64,000 bases of DNA, taken from NCBI GenBank assembly GCA_025054775.1, contig JANWZA010000030.1, positions 25,623-89,622 of the forward strand, in the 5' to 3' direction. This DNA comes from Microscillaceae bacterium (GTDB lineage Bacteria > Bacteroidota > Bacteroidia > Cytophagales > Microscillaceae). This document shows, in pieces, positions 28,064 through 38,631 of this stretch. Made by a program: the position numbers and the translations under genes. The notes under the pieces were generated by a model. That model was not told where the DNA came from. It did no database searches and saw nothing but the letters and a program-made list of their open reading frames with translations. Numbering within the stretch: the stretch's first letter is position 1; each line of letters starts with the position of its first letter.

Positions 28064-28513
28064 GTGGAAGCAATAAGTTACAAAACAGTCTTTGCTAATA
28101 GCAAGACGGTCAAAAAAGAATGGGTACTGATTGATGCAAGTAACGCCATAGTAGGGCGTCTAGCAAGCCAAATTGCCAAAATCTTGATGGGCAAACATAA
28201 GCCTAACTACACTCCTAATGTAGATTGTGGAGATAACGTTATCGTAATTAACGCAGGAAAGGTCCGCTTTACAGGTAAAAAGTGGACGGACAAAATTTAT
28301 CTCCGCCACACAGGCTATCCTGGAGGGCACCGTACACGCACTCCACGCCAGCAAGCAGAAATAAACGTAAATCGTATTTTAGAACACGCAGTAAAAGGAA
28401 TGTTACCTAAAAACCGTCTAGGTAGGCGTCTTTTCACCAACTTACGCGTCTATGAAGGAGCAGAACATCCACACCACGAACAAAAACCCAAAAAAATAGA
28501 ATTAAAGTACTAA
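28064..28513 (+). CDS. rplM: 50S ribosomal protein L13
   Basis: 149 aa with a GTG start. Motifs KKEWVLIDASNAIVGRLAS, HKPNYTPNVDCGDNVIVINA and HTGYPGG. Confidence 0.95.
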   Translation: MEAISYKTVFANSKTVKKEWVLIDASNAIVGRLASQIAKILMGKHKPNYTPNVDCGDNVIVINAGKVRFTGKKWTDKIYLRHTGYPGGHRTRTPRQQAEINVNRILEHAVKGMLPKNRLGRRLFTNLRVYEGAEHPHHEQKPKKIELKY

Positions 28514-28535
28514 TTAATCGGCAATTTCAATATAT

Positions 28536-28967
28536 ATGATAGAAGTTATCAACACGATAGGAAGACGGAAGACCGCCGTAGCACGCATCTATGTAAAGCA
28601 GGGTACGGGAGTAATTACTGTAAATAAACGAAGCTTTGAAGATTACTTTCCCATAGAAACCTTGCGAAATATTATTAAGCAACCGCTTGAAATTACTAAT
28701 AACACTACTAACTACGACATCAAAGTAAATGTAGATGGTGGTGGAATCTCAGGGCAAGCCTCTGCTATCCGTTTAGCAATTGCCAGAGCCTTGTGTGAGA
28801 TAAACCCTGAAAATAGAGCTATCCTTAAACGAGGTACCACAGCCGTAGATAAAGACGGCAAACCAATTAAAAAAGAAAACTTGCTCAGACGCGACCCTCG
28901 CATGGTAGAACGTAAAAAAGCTGGTCGTAGAAAAGCACGTAGAAGATTCCAATTCAGTAAACGTTAA
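28536..28967 (+). CDS. rpsI: 30S ribosomal protein S9 (with about 15-aa internal insertion)
   Basis: [30 protein letters not shown], and the C-terminal [19 protein letters not shown]. It is 143 aa versus about 128-130 aa for typical S9. Confidence 0.95.
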   Translation: MIEVINTIGRRKTAVARIYVKQGTGVITVNKRSFEDYFPIETLRNIIKQPLEITNNTTNYDIKVNVDGGGISGQASAIRLAIARALCEINPENRAILKRGTTAVDKDGKPIKKENLLRRDPRMVERKKAGRRKARRRFQFSKR

Positions 28968-28995
28968 TCTTGTTAATCTTTTTAGTGTAGATAGT

Positions 28996-29751
28996 ATGTT
29001 AAATATCCAATACAAAGATTTACTAGATGCAGGCGTACACTTTGGGCACCTCACCCGTAAGTGGGATCCAAGAATGGCACCTTACATCTTCATGGAGAAA
29101 AACGGTATCCATCTGATAGATGTAAACAAGACCATTGCCTGCTTGGAAGAGGCTTACCAAGCTATCCGCAATATTGTACGTTCAGGGAAGAAGATCATGT
29201 TCGTGGCTACAAAAAAACAAGCCCAGGAAATTGTAGCTCAAAAGGCACAAGAACTCAAAATGCCTTACGTAACAGAACGCTGGCTCGGTGGTATGCTTAC
29301 CAACTTTGCTACCGTGAAAAAGTCTCTCAAAAAGATGGCAAATCTAGAGAAAATGATGAGAGACGAGAATACTTTCAAGGAAATTGCTAAAAGAGAACGC
29401 CTCACTATTCAGCGTGAAAGGGACAAATTAGAAAAACTTTTAGGAGGTATCGCAGATTTAGGGCGTATCCCTGCTGCTCTCTTTGTAGTAGATGTAAAAA
29501 AAGAACAAATCGCTGTTTCAGAGGCTAAACGATTAGGTATACCTGTTTTCGGCATTGTAGATACTAACTCCAACCCTGAATCAGTAGATTTTCCTATCCC
29601 TGCTAATGACGATGCTTATAAGTCCATCAAATTAATTGTTGATGTAATTGCAGAAGCCGTTAAAGAAGGCCTATCTGAACGTAAGAAAGAAAAAGATGAA
29701 TCAAACAAAGGAAGTGAAGAAGAGGTAATCAAAAAAGAAGCTGATTCGTAG
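28996..29751 (+). CDS. rpsB: 30S ribosomal protein S2
   Basis: LLDAGVHFGHLTRKWDPRMAPYIF, ERWLGGMLTNF, and DTNSNPE..DFPIPANDD. Confidence 0.95.
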   Translation: MLNIQYKDLLDAGVHFGHLTRKWDPRMAPYIFMEKNGIHLIDVNKTIACLEEAYQAIRNIVRSGKKIMFVATKKQAQEIVAQKAQELKMPYVTERWLGGMLTNFATVKKSLKKMANLEKMMRDENTFKEIAKRERLTIQRERDKLEKLLGGIADLGRIPAALFVVDVKKEQIAVSEAKRLGIPVFGIVDTNSNPESVDFPIPANDDAYKSIKLIVDVIAEAVKEGLSERKKEKDESNKGSEEEVIKKEADS

Positions 29752-29766
29752 ATTTAAAAATATACC

Positions 29767-29806
29767 ACAAACTGAAAGTGCAACATCTTTCAGTTTGTAT
29801 TTTATT
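29767..29806 (+). terminator. Rho-independent terminator after rpsB
   Basis: Perfect 12-bp stem ACAAACTGAAAG / CTTTCAGTTTGT with an 8-nt loop, followed by ATTTTATT. Confidence 0.75.
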
Positions 29807-29852
29807 CACAGGCTTTTATTTGCTTGCTTGTATTACTCTCCAATACTCAATT

Positions 29853-30344
29853 ATGCAATTTAGGATAGGGCAAGGTTATGATACTCACCAGCTCGTAGAA
29901 GGCAGAGATTTTTGGCTCGGAGGTATCAAAATTCCGCACTACAAAGGAGCATCAGGACACTCCGACGCAGATGTGTTGATCCATGCAATATGTGATGCTA
30001 TTTTAGGTGCAGCTAACTTGCGTGATATTGGCTATCATTTTCCAAATAAGGATGCTCAATATAAAGATATTGATAGCAAAATTTTACTCTCGCGTGTTAT
30101 GGATATGGTGCGCAAGAGAGGCTATGAACTTGTAAATGTAGATGCCACTGTCTGTTTAGAGAAGCCTAAAATTAGTTCTCATATAGAAGCCATGCAAAAT
30201 TGCTTGGCGGCTGTTATGCAGGTAGGTCCTGATGCTATCTCCATAAAAGCGACTACTAACGAAAAAATGGGCTTCGTAGGGCGTGAAGAAGGCGTTTTTG
30301 CCCAAGCAGTTGCTTTGTTGTATAAAAAAGATAATGCTCAATAG
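29853..30344 (+). CDS. ispF: 2-C-methyl-D-erythritol 2,4-cyclodiphosphate synthase
   Basis: Start trimmed to MQFRIGQGYDTHQL. Motifs HSDADVLIHAI.DAILGA and KATTNEKMGFVGREEG are present. Confidence 0.9.
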   Translation: MQFRIGQGYDTHQLVEGRDFWLGGIKIPHYKGASGHSDADVLIHAICDAILGAANLRDIGYHFPNKDAQYKDIDSKILLSRVMDMVRKRGYELVNVDATVCLEKPKISSHIEAMQNCLAAVMQVGPDAISIKATTNEKMGFVGREEGVFAQAVALLYKKDNAQ

Positions 30345-31393
30345 CAAAAAGCATCTTTCATTTTTTTAGCTAAGAACTGATTAATTTTTTTAGGCAACAG
30401 ACTGCCTTGATAGATCAAACCTGTATAAATTTGTACCAAATCTGCTCCTGCCTCTATTTTTTGCCAAGCAGTTTGAGCACTATCAATACCACCCACACCG
30501 ATAATAACTAAATCTTTATTTGCTTTTTTACGAATATAGGCAATTATTTCAGTAGATTTTTGATTAAGTGGCTTACCACTTAAGCCACCTGCCCCAATTT
30601 CCCGTATCCTTTGAGCAGAAGTTATTAGGTTTTCACGACTAGTAGTGGTATTAGTAGCAACAACCCCCGTTAATTTTTTTTGAGCTACAATCTCTAAGAT
30701 TTCATCTATTTGTTCAAAAGTCAAGTCAGGAGCAATTTTAAGCAAAATAGGTTTAGGATTAGGAAAAGTCTGATTTTTATTTTGTAGGGCTTGCAAAAGT
30801 TGTTGCAAAGGTTCACGCTCTTGCAAAGCTCGCAAATGTGGTGTATTAGGCGAACTTACATTCACTACAAAATAATCTACCCAATTAAATAGCCGCTCAA
30901 AGCAATATAGGTAATCTTGTATAGCTTCTTCATTAGATGTATTCTTATTTTTACCAATATTTCCTCCAATAATTATTTTTGCTTTACGTTTGCGAAGGTT
31001 TTGAATAGCTTGCTCTATACCTAAATTATTAAAGCCCATGCGGTTGATAATTGCCTCATCTTTGGGCAAACGAAAGAGTCTTGGTTTAGGGTTACCTTCT
31101 TGGGGTTTAGGTGTAAGCGTACCGACTTCAATAAAACTGAAACCGAGGCAGGCTAACTCATCAATCCATTGGGCATTCTTATCAAAGCCTGCAGCTAATC
31201 CCACAGGGTTTTCAAAGGTAAGCCCCATGACTTTTCGTACTAAATTAGGGTGTTTTACTTGGTGTAAGTTACGTGTAACATTTTTAGCAAATGGCAATTT
31301 TAGCCACATTTTTAAGCAAAACATAACAAAATAATGCACCTTTTCAGCATCAAACTGAAAAAGGAGAGGTCTGATCAACTGCCGATACATCAA
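30338..31393 (-). CDS. pyrD: dihydroorotate dehydrogenase (quinone), class 2
   Basis: 351 aa. Motifs GLAAGFDKNA, GFNN.G, NISSPNTP-like VNVSSPNTPHLR, and GVGGI. The 3' end overlaps the ispF 3' end convergently by 7 nt. Confidence 0.9.
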   Translation of the reverse strand: MMYRQLIRPLLFQFDAEKVHYFVMFCLKMWLKLPFAKNVTRNLHQVKHPNLVRKVMGLTFENPVGLAAGFDKNAQWIDELACLGFSFIEVGTLTPKPQEGNPKPRLFRLPKDEAIINRMGFNNLGIEQAIQNLRKRKAKIIIGGNIGKNKNTSNEEAIQDYLYCFERLFNWVDYFVVNVSSPNTPHLRALQEREPLQQLLQALQNKNQTFPNPKPILLKIAPDLTFEQIDEILEIVAQKKLTGVVATNTTTSRENLITSAQRIREIGAGGLSGKPLNQKSTEIIAYIRKKANKDLVIIGVGGIDSAQTAWQKIEAGADLVQIYTGLIYQGSLLPKKINQFLAKKMKDAFCY

Positions 31394-31415
31394 GAATTCA
31401 CTTAAAAATATTCAA

Positions 31416-33887
31416 CTAACTTAAGGTAGATGTCTTGAAGGGTGGAAAATTAGTATCTGCTAACTCATCTAACAAAGCTATTGCCAGCACCTCTTCAGCA
31501 CGCTCCACATAGTGAAAAGTCAATTCTTTAATATATTCCTGCTTAATTTCTTCTACATCTTTTTGATTTTTTTTACACAAAATAATTTCTTTAATACCTG
31601 CTCTACGTGCTGCCAAAATTTTTTCTTTGATACCTCCCACGGGTAGCACCCTACCGCTAAGGGTAATTTCCCCTGTCATAGCTAAGTTTGCTTTTACCTT
31701 TCTACGAGTAAAAGTGGAAGCCATAGAGGTAAGCATAGCAATTCCTGCCGAAGGACCATCTTTGGGGACGGCTCCTGCGGGGATATGTAAGTGCAAGTCT
31801 GTTTTATCAAAACTTTCGGCATCAATATTGAATTTAGGAGCAATAGATTTGAGAAAAGACAATGCTGTGGATGCTGACTCACGCATTACCTCGCCAAGTT
31901 GTCCTGAAAGTATAAGTTTGCCTTTCCCTATACTCAGGCTTGATTCAATAAACAAGATTTCACCACCTACCTGCGTCCAAGCTAAACCTGTAACTACTCC
32001 CGCTATTTGATTATTTTCATATACTTCCTTTTCAAATAGTTCGTTGCCTAAAAATTCTCTTACTTCCTTAGGAGTAATATTTTTTGGATAGGGCTTTTCC
32101 ATTGCTATCAATTTAGCCACCTTGCGTATTACTGCTCCAATTTGTTTTTCCAAATTTCTTACCCCTGACTCACGTGTATAACTATCAATAATTTTCAAAA
32201 TAGCTGCATCTGTTATTTTCAGTTGTTTGGCTTCTAAGCCATGTTCCTTACGCTGTTTGGGGAATAGGTGTCTTTTGGCGATTTCCAATTTTTCCTCTTG
32301 AGTATAGCCCGTAATTTCAATAATTTCCATTCTATCGCGTAGGGCAGGGTGAATTGTATCTAAGGAATTAGCCGTAGCAATAAATAGTACTTTGGAGAGG
32401 TCATAAGGAAGTTCTAAGTAATTATCTACAAAAGCATAATTTTGCTCAGGGTCAAGTACTTCTAATAGAGCTGAGGCGGGATCTCCTCTAAAGTCGGAAG
32501 AAACTTTGTCTATTTCATCAAGGACAAAAACAGGATTAGAGGATTTTATCTTTTTGATGTTTTGAATAATTTTACCTGGCATCGCACCTACATAAGTTTT
32601 TCGGTGTCCGCGAATTTCGGCCTCGTCATGTAATCCTCCCAAAGAAATACGTATGTATTCACGTCCTAGTGCTTTAGCTATGGATTTGCCAAGAGAGGTT
32701 TTACCCACCCCAGGAGGTCCATAAAAGCATAAAATAGGGCCTCGCATGCTTTGTTTTAGTTTTAGCACTGCCAAGAATTCTATAATTCGCTCTTTTACTT
32801 TTTCTAAGCCATAGTGGTCAGCATCTAAAATATCTTGGGCTTTGTTCAAATCTAAGCTATCAGTTGTGTATTCATTCCAAGGTAAATCTACCAAAAGTTC
32901 TAAGTAATTGATGGCTACGGGATATTCTGCTGCATTTACATTGATACGGGATAGTTTATCTAGCTCCTTTTTGAAGTGCTTAGCAACTTTTTCGTCCCAT
33001 TTTTTCTTTTCAGCTTTAGCTTTCAGTTCTTCTATTTCTTGCTCATTGCCTCCAAAGCCAAGTTCATCTTGTAATACTTTAAGTTGTTGGCGAAGGAGAA
33101 AATCGCGCTGTTGTTGGTCAAGATCAGAAGAGACTTTGTTTTGAATTTCACGTTTCAGTTCTAAGAGTTGAATTTCTTTGAGCATGTGTTCTAGCAAGGT
33201 AGTTGCTCGCTTAATTCCCTCGTCAATTTCCAGAAGTCCTTGTTTTTCAGCGAGTTCTACATTGATATTGGCACACAAGAAATGCGTAAGGAAGCTCAAA
33301 CTGTTGATATTATTTAAGGCCACTTGAGCTTCTTGGGGAATTTCAGGATTAAGTTTAATAATTTTCATAGCTGCTTCTTTAAGCGAAGCGAGCATAGCCT
33401 TAGTTTCACGCTTACGAGGTGGGGGAAACTGTTCGCTTAGTACTTCTACACTTGCTGTGATATATGGTTCATCTTGTAAAAAGGTTTGCACCCTAAAACG
33501 ACGTTTACCTTGTATGATAATAGTAGTATTACCATCAGGCAGTACCAACATTTTAAGAATTCGGGCTACTGTTCCCACGCGGTATAAATCTTCAGAATTT
33601 GGCTCATCGTCTTTAGGAGCAGCCTGCGTAAGTACGCCGATGATTCTGTTGCCTCTATATGCTTTTTTTACTAATTTAATAGATTTTTGCCTACTTACTG
33701 TAATAGGAATAACAACGCTTGGAAAAAGAACAATATTCTTTACAGGTAATACTGGTAATTCTTTAATCTCTTCATAACGTCGATTCTCCTCTTCATCCTC
33801 TGTTTCGGCCTCAATAATCGGAAACATTTCTACAAATTCGTTCTCCTCTTCGGAATTAAGTTGAAACATCAAATTCGTGTAAAACAT
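31416..33887 (-). CDS. lon: ATP-dependent protease Lon (La)
   Basis: 823 aa with the LON N-domain, Walker A GPPGVGKTS, and the proteolytic PKDGPSAGIAM motif containing the catalytic Ser. The N-terminal start is ambiguous (Met1, Met7 or Met21). Confidence 0.95.
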   Translation of the reverse strand: MFYTNLMFQLNSEEENEFVEMFPIIEAETEDEEENRRYEEIKELPVLPVKNIVLFPSVVIPITVSRQKSIKLVKKAYRGNRIIGVLTQAAPKDDEPNSEDLYRVGTVARILKMLVLPDGNTTIIIQGKRRFRVQTFLQDEPYITASVEVLSEQFPPPRKRETKAMLASLKEAAMKIIKLNPEIPQEAQVALNNINSLSFLTHFLCANINVELAEKQGLLEIDEGIKRATTLLEHMLKEIQLLELKREIQNKVSSDLDQQQRDFLLRQQLKVLQDELGFGGNEQEIEELKAKAEKKKWDEKVAKHFKKELDKLSRINVNAAEYPVAINYLELLVDLPWNEYTTDSLDLNKAQDILDADHYGLEKVKERIIEFLAVLKLKQSMRGPILCFYGPPGVGKTSLGKSIAKALGREYIRISLGGLHDEAEIRGHRKTYVGAMPGKIIQNIKKIKSSNPVFVLDEIDKVSSDFRGDPASALLEVLDPEQNYAFVDNYLELPYDLSKVLFIATANSLDTIHPALRDRMEIIEITGYTQEEKLEIAKRHLFPKQRKEHGLEAKQLKITDAAILKIIDSYTRESGVRNLEKQIGAVIRKVAKLIAMEKPYPKNITPKEVREFLGNELFEKEVYENNQIAGVVTGLAWTQVGGEILFIESSLSIGKGKLILSGQLGEVMRESASTALSFLKSIAPKFNIDAESFDKTDLHLHIPAGAVPKDGPSAGIAMLTSMASTFTRRKVKANLAMTGEITLSGRVLPVGGIKEKILAARRAGIKEIILCKKNQKDVEEIKQEYIKELTFHYVERAEEVLAIALLDELADTNFPPFKTSTLS

Positions 33888-34221
33888 ATATCTTTATGTA
33901 TGGAATGGCTTGTGCAGTAAGAAAACAGAAAATTGCGGTTAGAATTAGGCTAAATTTTTGCTATGGTTCTATGATGTACTTAAAAAACTTTACTTCAATG
34001 TTTTGCTTTCGTTCTTAACCAAATATTATCATTAGGCGAATAATGGCATAAAATTCAAGCTATTATTAGCTAAACCAACTGCAAAGATAGTCATTTTGGC
34101 ACAAACAACATAAAACTAGCAACGCATCTTTTTTTTTTTCGTTTTATTAGATTGGGCAAAACCTATACCACATTGCTTGATATGAATTTCTGCACTTTGT
34201 AGCACTATTTGATGATTGAGT

Positions 34222-36396
34222 ATGCGTTTGAAAAAAATTTATTTCTCCATTTATTTAACTTATGTTCTTTCAATCTTGCTAATTTTGGTATTATTCAGTA
34301 CTGCACCAGCTCAAAAAAAAGGGAAAGAGGAACAGAAAGCACCTCCTACCCTTACCCAAGCCATAAAAGCAAAAGAAGATAGTACTAAAAAATATCAAAG
34401 AAAACAACCCATTGAGTTCAAAAATATCAACCGTATCCGCTACTACCACAATAAAGAAAAATTAGACCAAATTAAACAATACAATAAAAAGAAAGAATGG
34501 CTTAAAGCTTATTTAGCTACCGAACAATACGTAAAAAATTTTGGAATAGAAAATTTTTACAAAGATACCTATCTCTTATGGCGTTATGCCAAATTGGCAG
34601 AACTCTTTGGCGATATGCACAAAGCCAAGTTCCTTTATCAACTCTTACTCAAACATCATAGAGGTAAAGAAGTAAAACGCATACAACTTTATTATGATAC
34701 GATTACAGTAAACGAGAAAGATTATTACGTACCACTCTCCGTTTTTTACAAGATGGTGAATGCCGCTTCTAACGTAGATACCCTAGACGTCCCCGAAGGT
34801 ACTTTTACGAATTTAGGAGACTCTATCAACTCACCCTTTGCGGATTATGCTCCTACGATTACAGGCAAGGACCGATACCTCGTATTTACCTCACAACGCA
34901 AACGCAGACAAGTAGGTGAAAAGATTCTGTATAACGAAGACCTCTACTATTCTTACAAAGCAGATACCTTTTTCTTGAAAAAAACTAGTGAAGGAACTAA
35001 AATTGATACTATTGCCTGGCGCGAAGCCAAAGAGTTAGAGGGACTAAACACCCCCTATAATGAAGGCTCAGCCTGTATTAGTAGAGATGGCAAAACAATC
35101 TTTTTCTCGCGTTGTAATGCCCCCGATGGCTATGGAGATTGTGATATTTACACTGCAGAACGCGTAGTAGATAGTATTTTTGTGCCTAAAAAAACTAAAC
35201 CTGAAAAGAAAATCACCGACCTTCTGCAAAGAGTGCCTATTATTAAAACAGTAGAGCAAGAAAAAGGAACTTACTATTATTACTACCGATGGGGTAACGT
35301 GAAAAACCTAGGACTAAATGTAAACAGTGTCTCTTGGGACTCACAACCCGCTCTTTCTCATACCGAAGACTCGCTCTTTTTTGCCTCCGATAGGTTAGGT
35401 GGGTTTGGGCTTACGGATATCTATGTAACTATTAAAAACAAGCAAACAGGTAAATGGGGCAAAGCCTTAAATCTAGGACCTGTCATTAATACACGTGCTG
35501 CTGAGGTTAGTCCTTTTTATCACCCTAAGTATCCTATCCTGTACTTTAGCTCTAATGGACATCTGGTCAATTTCGGTGATTTCGACGTGTATAAGTCCTA
35601 TAAACTAGCTAACGGATGGTCAGAAGCCAAAAATTTAGGACCTTATGTGAATAAGGTGGGCAGAGATTATTATTTCACTATGGACTCTCAATCAGAAAAA
35701 ATGTATTATGCCAAAGCCGACACATTGAACCCTCAAAATTTGGATATTCACTTTAATAACTTACCTATGGAAGCCCAACCGCTGGCTACCGTTTCGTTTA
35801 AGGGGGTAGTAAAGGACTCTATTACAGGGCAAGCCTTCAAAGGAATTGTATCTATTATTGACTTGGACAATGGCATTGAAGTAGCCCCCAAATATCTTCG
35901 CCCTGATGGAAGTTATGAATTTGACTTGATTAAGGATAATAATTATTTGGTAGTTATTACGGGAGAAGATTTTTTTAGAGTAGAACGTGAATTTTTACTC
36001 AAAGGAGACACCACAATTACCATTGAAACTCCCTCTATTCGGTTCAAGAAGTGGAAATTTAATACCATAGAATTTGCAGGAGGAAGCGCTAATGTTACAC
36101 CAAGCATGGAACCCGATTTGAACAAACTCGTTCTTTTCCTAGCAGATAACCCTAAACTTGGGCTAATCGTCTCTGGACATACAGACTCCGACGGAGAACC
36201 CGAAGCTAACCTTAAACTCTCGCAACGTAGAGCCGATGCTATTAAACAATATATTCTCAATAAAGGACGATTTGACGAAAAACGCATTAAATCTATTGGT
36301 TACGGCAGCCAAAAACCAATCGTAACTGAAACCACCAATGAAGACAAGCGTATCAATCGCCGTGTAGAATTTGAAATATTCAAATTAGAAGATTAG
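34222..36396 (+). CDS. OmpA-family protein with TPR-like N-terminus, PD40/TolB-like beta-propeller repeats and C-terminal OmpA domain
   Basis: Repeated PD40 motifs (SPFADYAPTITGKDRYLVFTS, ACISRDGKTIFFSR, DSQPALSHTEDSLFFASDRLGGFGLTDIYV). The C-terminal OmpA_C reads SGHTDSDGEPEANLKLSQRRADAI...NRRVEFEI. Start set at the ATG 34222; the track used an upstream TTG. Confidence 0.8.
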   Translation: MRLKKIYFSIYLTYVLSILLILVLFSTAPAQKKGKEEQKAPPTLTQAIKAKEDSTKKYQRKQPIEFKNINRIRYYHNKEKLDQIKQYNKKKEWLKAYLATEQYVKNFGIENFYKDTYLLWRYAKLAELFGDMHKAKFLYQLLLKHHRGKEVKRIQLYYDTITVNEKDYYVPLSVFYKMVNAASNVDTLDVPEGTFTNLGDSINSPFADYAPTITGKDRYLVFTSQRKRRQVGEKILYNEDLYYSYKADTFFLKKTSEGTKIDTIAWREAKELEGLNTPYNEGSACISRDGKTIFFSRCNAPDGYGDCDIYTAERVVDSIFVPKKTKPEKKITDLLQRVPIIKTVEQEKGTYYYYYRWGNVKNLGLNVNSVSWDSQPALSHTEDSLFFASDRLGGFGLTDIYVTIKNKQTGKWGKALNLGPVINTRAAEVSPFYHPKYPILYFSSNGHLVNFGDFDVYKSYKLANGWSEAKNLGPYVNKVGRDYYFTMDSQSEKMYYAKADTLNPQNLDIHFNNLPMEAQPLATVSFKGVVKDSITGQAFKGIVSIIDLDNGIEVAPKYLRPDGSYEFDLIKDNNYLVVITGEDFFRVEREFLLKGDTTITIETPSIRFKKWKFNTIEFAGGSANVTPSMEPDLNKLVLFLADNPKLGLIVSGHTDSDGEPEANLKLSQRRADAIKQYILNKGRFDEKRIKSIGYGSQKPIVTETTNEDKRINRRVEFEIFKLED

Positions 36397-36647
36397 CCTC
36401 AAGTCTTTATTCTCTTTTCTAAAAATTCTCTCTTAAAAGCGAAACCTTTTTCCCTAACTTCCGTATAGGCAAAATAGAGTAAAAGAATAAAAATTATAGA
36501 AATTAAAAATGAGTTCATGGAGTGGGTACTATATCCTCACTAAGAGGACAATAGTACTCTAGTATGATTGTTTTTGTGCTTGTATAAAAAAACAAAAATA
36601 TATGAGTATAAAAATATTATGATATAACTAAACCCTAATTCAAAGAT

Positions 36648-37658
36648 ATGAAACAACTATTATCTTTACTACTTGCTATCATTTTTCTATTAACATGGAT
36701 AAATTTACAAGCACAAAATTATAGACTGAGTAGTCGCGATAGATATATGACTGCAGGTGCTTGGCTGGGAGGTACTAATTACTTTGGTGATTTAGCTCCT
36801 GAAATAGGGCGTTTTAGTACAGATCTCCGCCTCATAGGAATGGCAGGAGGAGGCTTACTTACTCAGAAAATTACAGCTAATCTAAGCGCGCGTTTTACTC
36901 TAGGTGTTACGAACATTCGCGGCGATGATGCCATATCAGCCGACCCCAACGATGCTAGTGCTATTTTTCGATATGCACGCAACTTGCATTTCAGAAACAG
37001 AATTATAGAAAGTAGCATTGTAATGATGTATGATTTCTTGAAAAGTGAAGGCAGATTTTGGAGACGAAAAGATGTATCTCCTTATGTATTTGCAGGTTTA
37101 GGGCTGATTTATAGTAATCCACAAGCCCGTACACCCGAAGATATGGGTCGGAAGTGGATCGATTTACAACCTTTAGCTACGGAAGGAAAGCATTATTCAC
37201 GTACTACTTTAATATTTCCTTTGGGAGGAGGGGTAAGGTTCAAAGTAGCAGATAGAGTTGATGTAGGAGTAGAAATGAGTCTTCGCGTAAGTATGACTAA
37301 CTACCTAGATGATGTTTCAGGAAATTATGTAAGTCCTTCGGAGTTGAGAAGTGATTTAGCTATACGCATGGCGGATAAATCTGGAGAATTGAACAGTGCT
37401 AGTGGCAAACCACGTAACATAGCTCGCCTGAATGAAGTATTTGGAAATTTTGTAACTGCCACTACCCCTAGCGGACAAACCTACCAACGGCTTATAGGGT
37501 ATGGCGAATCTAATGAGATACGTGGCAAATCACCTGTTGATATGTATGTAGTAACTTCAGTCTATGCCTCTTATGTTCTAAACATCAAACGATATATGCC
37601 CAAATTCGGAGGTAGAACAGGTGGCGTAATAAAGAAATCCCGTTATAGTGTGAAATAA
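36648..37658 (+). CDS. outer-membrane beta-barrel protein (family uncertain, possibly DUF6089-like)
   Basis: Signal peptide LLAIIFLLTWINLQAQ, alternating beta-strand pattern, and a YFGDL motif. The family name is recalled, not verified. Confidence 0.45.
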   Translation: MKQLLSLLLAIIFLLTWINLQAQNYRLSSRDRYMTAGAWLGGTNYFGDLAPEIGRFSTDLRLIGMAGGGLLTQKITANLSARFTLGVTNIRGDDAISADPNDASAIFRYARNLHFRNRIIESSIVMMYDFLKSEGRFWRRKDVSPYVFAGLGLIYSNPQARTPEDMGRKWIDLQPLATEGKHYSRTTLIFPLGGGVRFKVADRVDVGVEMSLRVSMTNYLDDVSGNYVSPSELRSDLAIRMADKSGELNSASGKPRNIARLNEVFGNFVTATTPSGQTYQRLIGYGESNEIRGKSPVDMYVVTSVYASYVLNIKRYMPKFGGRTGGVIKKSRYSVK

Positions 37659-37719
37659 AACTTTACAATAAGTTACGAAAAGCAAAGCAAAATTAGAATG
37701 GATAATTTAATATAATCAG

Positions 37720-38631
37720 TTATTTACCTCCGTCTTTATCTATATCATAAATCAATTCTCCTTTTTCATTCCATTCACGGAGAATATATGGCTGTATGGC
37801 TTCATAAAAATTATTAGGATATTTGATTTCTTTCTTCCGCTTTTGATTAGGGTAATATTCGCGCCAAATTCCTACGGGTACATCGTATTGATAGTACCCT
37901 TCTTTAGCTATGTTTCCATTTTCGTAGTAAAGTATGTATTTACCGTTTTTTTGATTATGTAGGATAGGTATTATTTCTTTTATTTTACCTTCTGCTTCAT
38001 CAAAATAAGTAATTTGAGCTTCGGCATACCACCCTTTGTTGTATTTTATTTTTTCTTTCAGAACCATTTCACCTTGATAAGGCTCATACTCCTCCCATAT
38101 ACCATCTTTTGCCCCGTGATTGAAAAAACCTTCCTCACGTAATTCGTTATTCACTATTTTTTGGTATGCACCATGAAGCAGCACCCATTTTTCGCCTCCT
38201 TTTATTTTATTAGTTACTAAATGGTAATCACCATACTGAATAGTTTTTTTCTTTGGATTGTAGTAATAGATCTCTCTTAAAAATTTGTCCTGAGGCAAAA
38301 GTTGTTGCTTTTTAGCAACATGAAAAAACTCTACAGTAATGGTAGAACCACTTATTTTGCGTATTACCCCACGCTTTACCCTGACATTAGCATACATCTT
38401 AGGCTTCCGCTTCTTGCGTTTCTTGGTTTCAACTATCTTCTTTTCAGCTATGTTATCATACTGACTTTTGAGGTTGAAAGCTGTAGTGGTATCAGCACTA
38501 AACTTTTTAGGCTTGTCTTCCTTTCTTTCAGATAAATTCGATAAGTTAGTAATTTTTTGTTGAGCAGAAGCCTCTATAATAGATAAAACGACAAACAAGT
38601 TAACAACCAAAGAAGAGCCTATTTTTTTCAT
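37720..38631 (-). CDS. secreted MORN-repeat-variant (YwqK-like) protein
   Basis: Start trimmed to MKKIGSSLVVNLFVVLSIIEASAQQ. It has repeated G-x-W-x-x-Y/G-x-x-x-x-E-G-x-Y units (DGIWEEYEPYQG, NGKYILYYENGNIAKEGYY, VGIWREYYPN). Confidence 0.6.
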   Translation of the reverse strand: MKKIGSSLVVNLFVVLSIIEASAQQKITNLSNLSERKEDKPKKFSADTTTAFNLKSQYDNIAEKKIVETKKRKKRKPKMYANVRVKRGVIRKISGSTITVEFFHVAKKQQLLPQDKFLREIYYYNPKKKTIQYGDYHLVTNKIKGGEKWVLLHGAYQKIVNNELREEGFFNHGAKDGIWEEYEPYQGEMVLKEKIKYNKGWYAEAQITYFDEAEGKIKEIIPILHNQKNGKYILYYENGNIAKEGYYQYDVPVGIWREYYPNQKRKKEIKYPNNFYEAIQPYILREWNEKGELIYDIDKDGGK

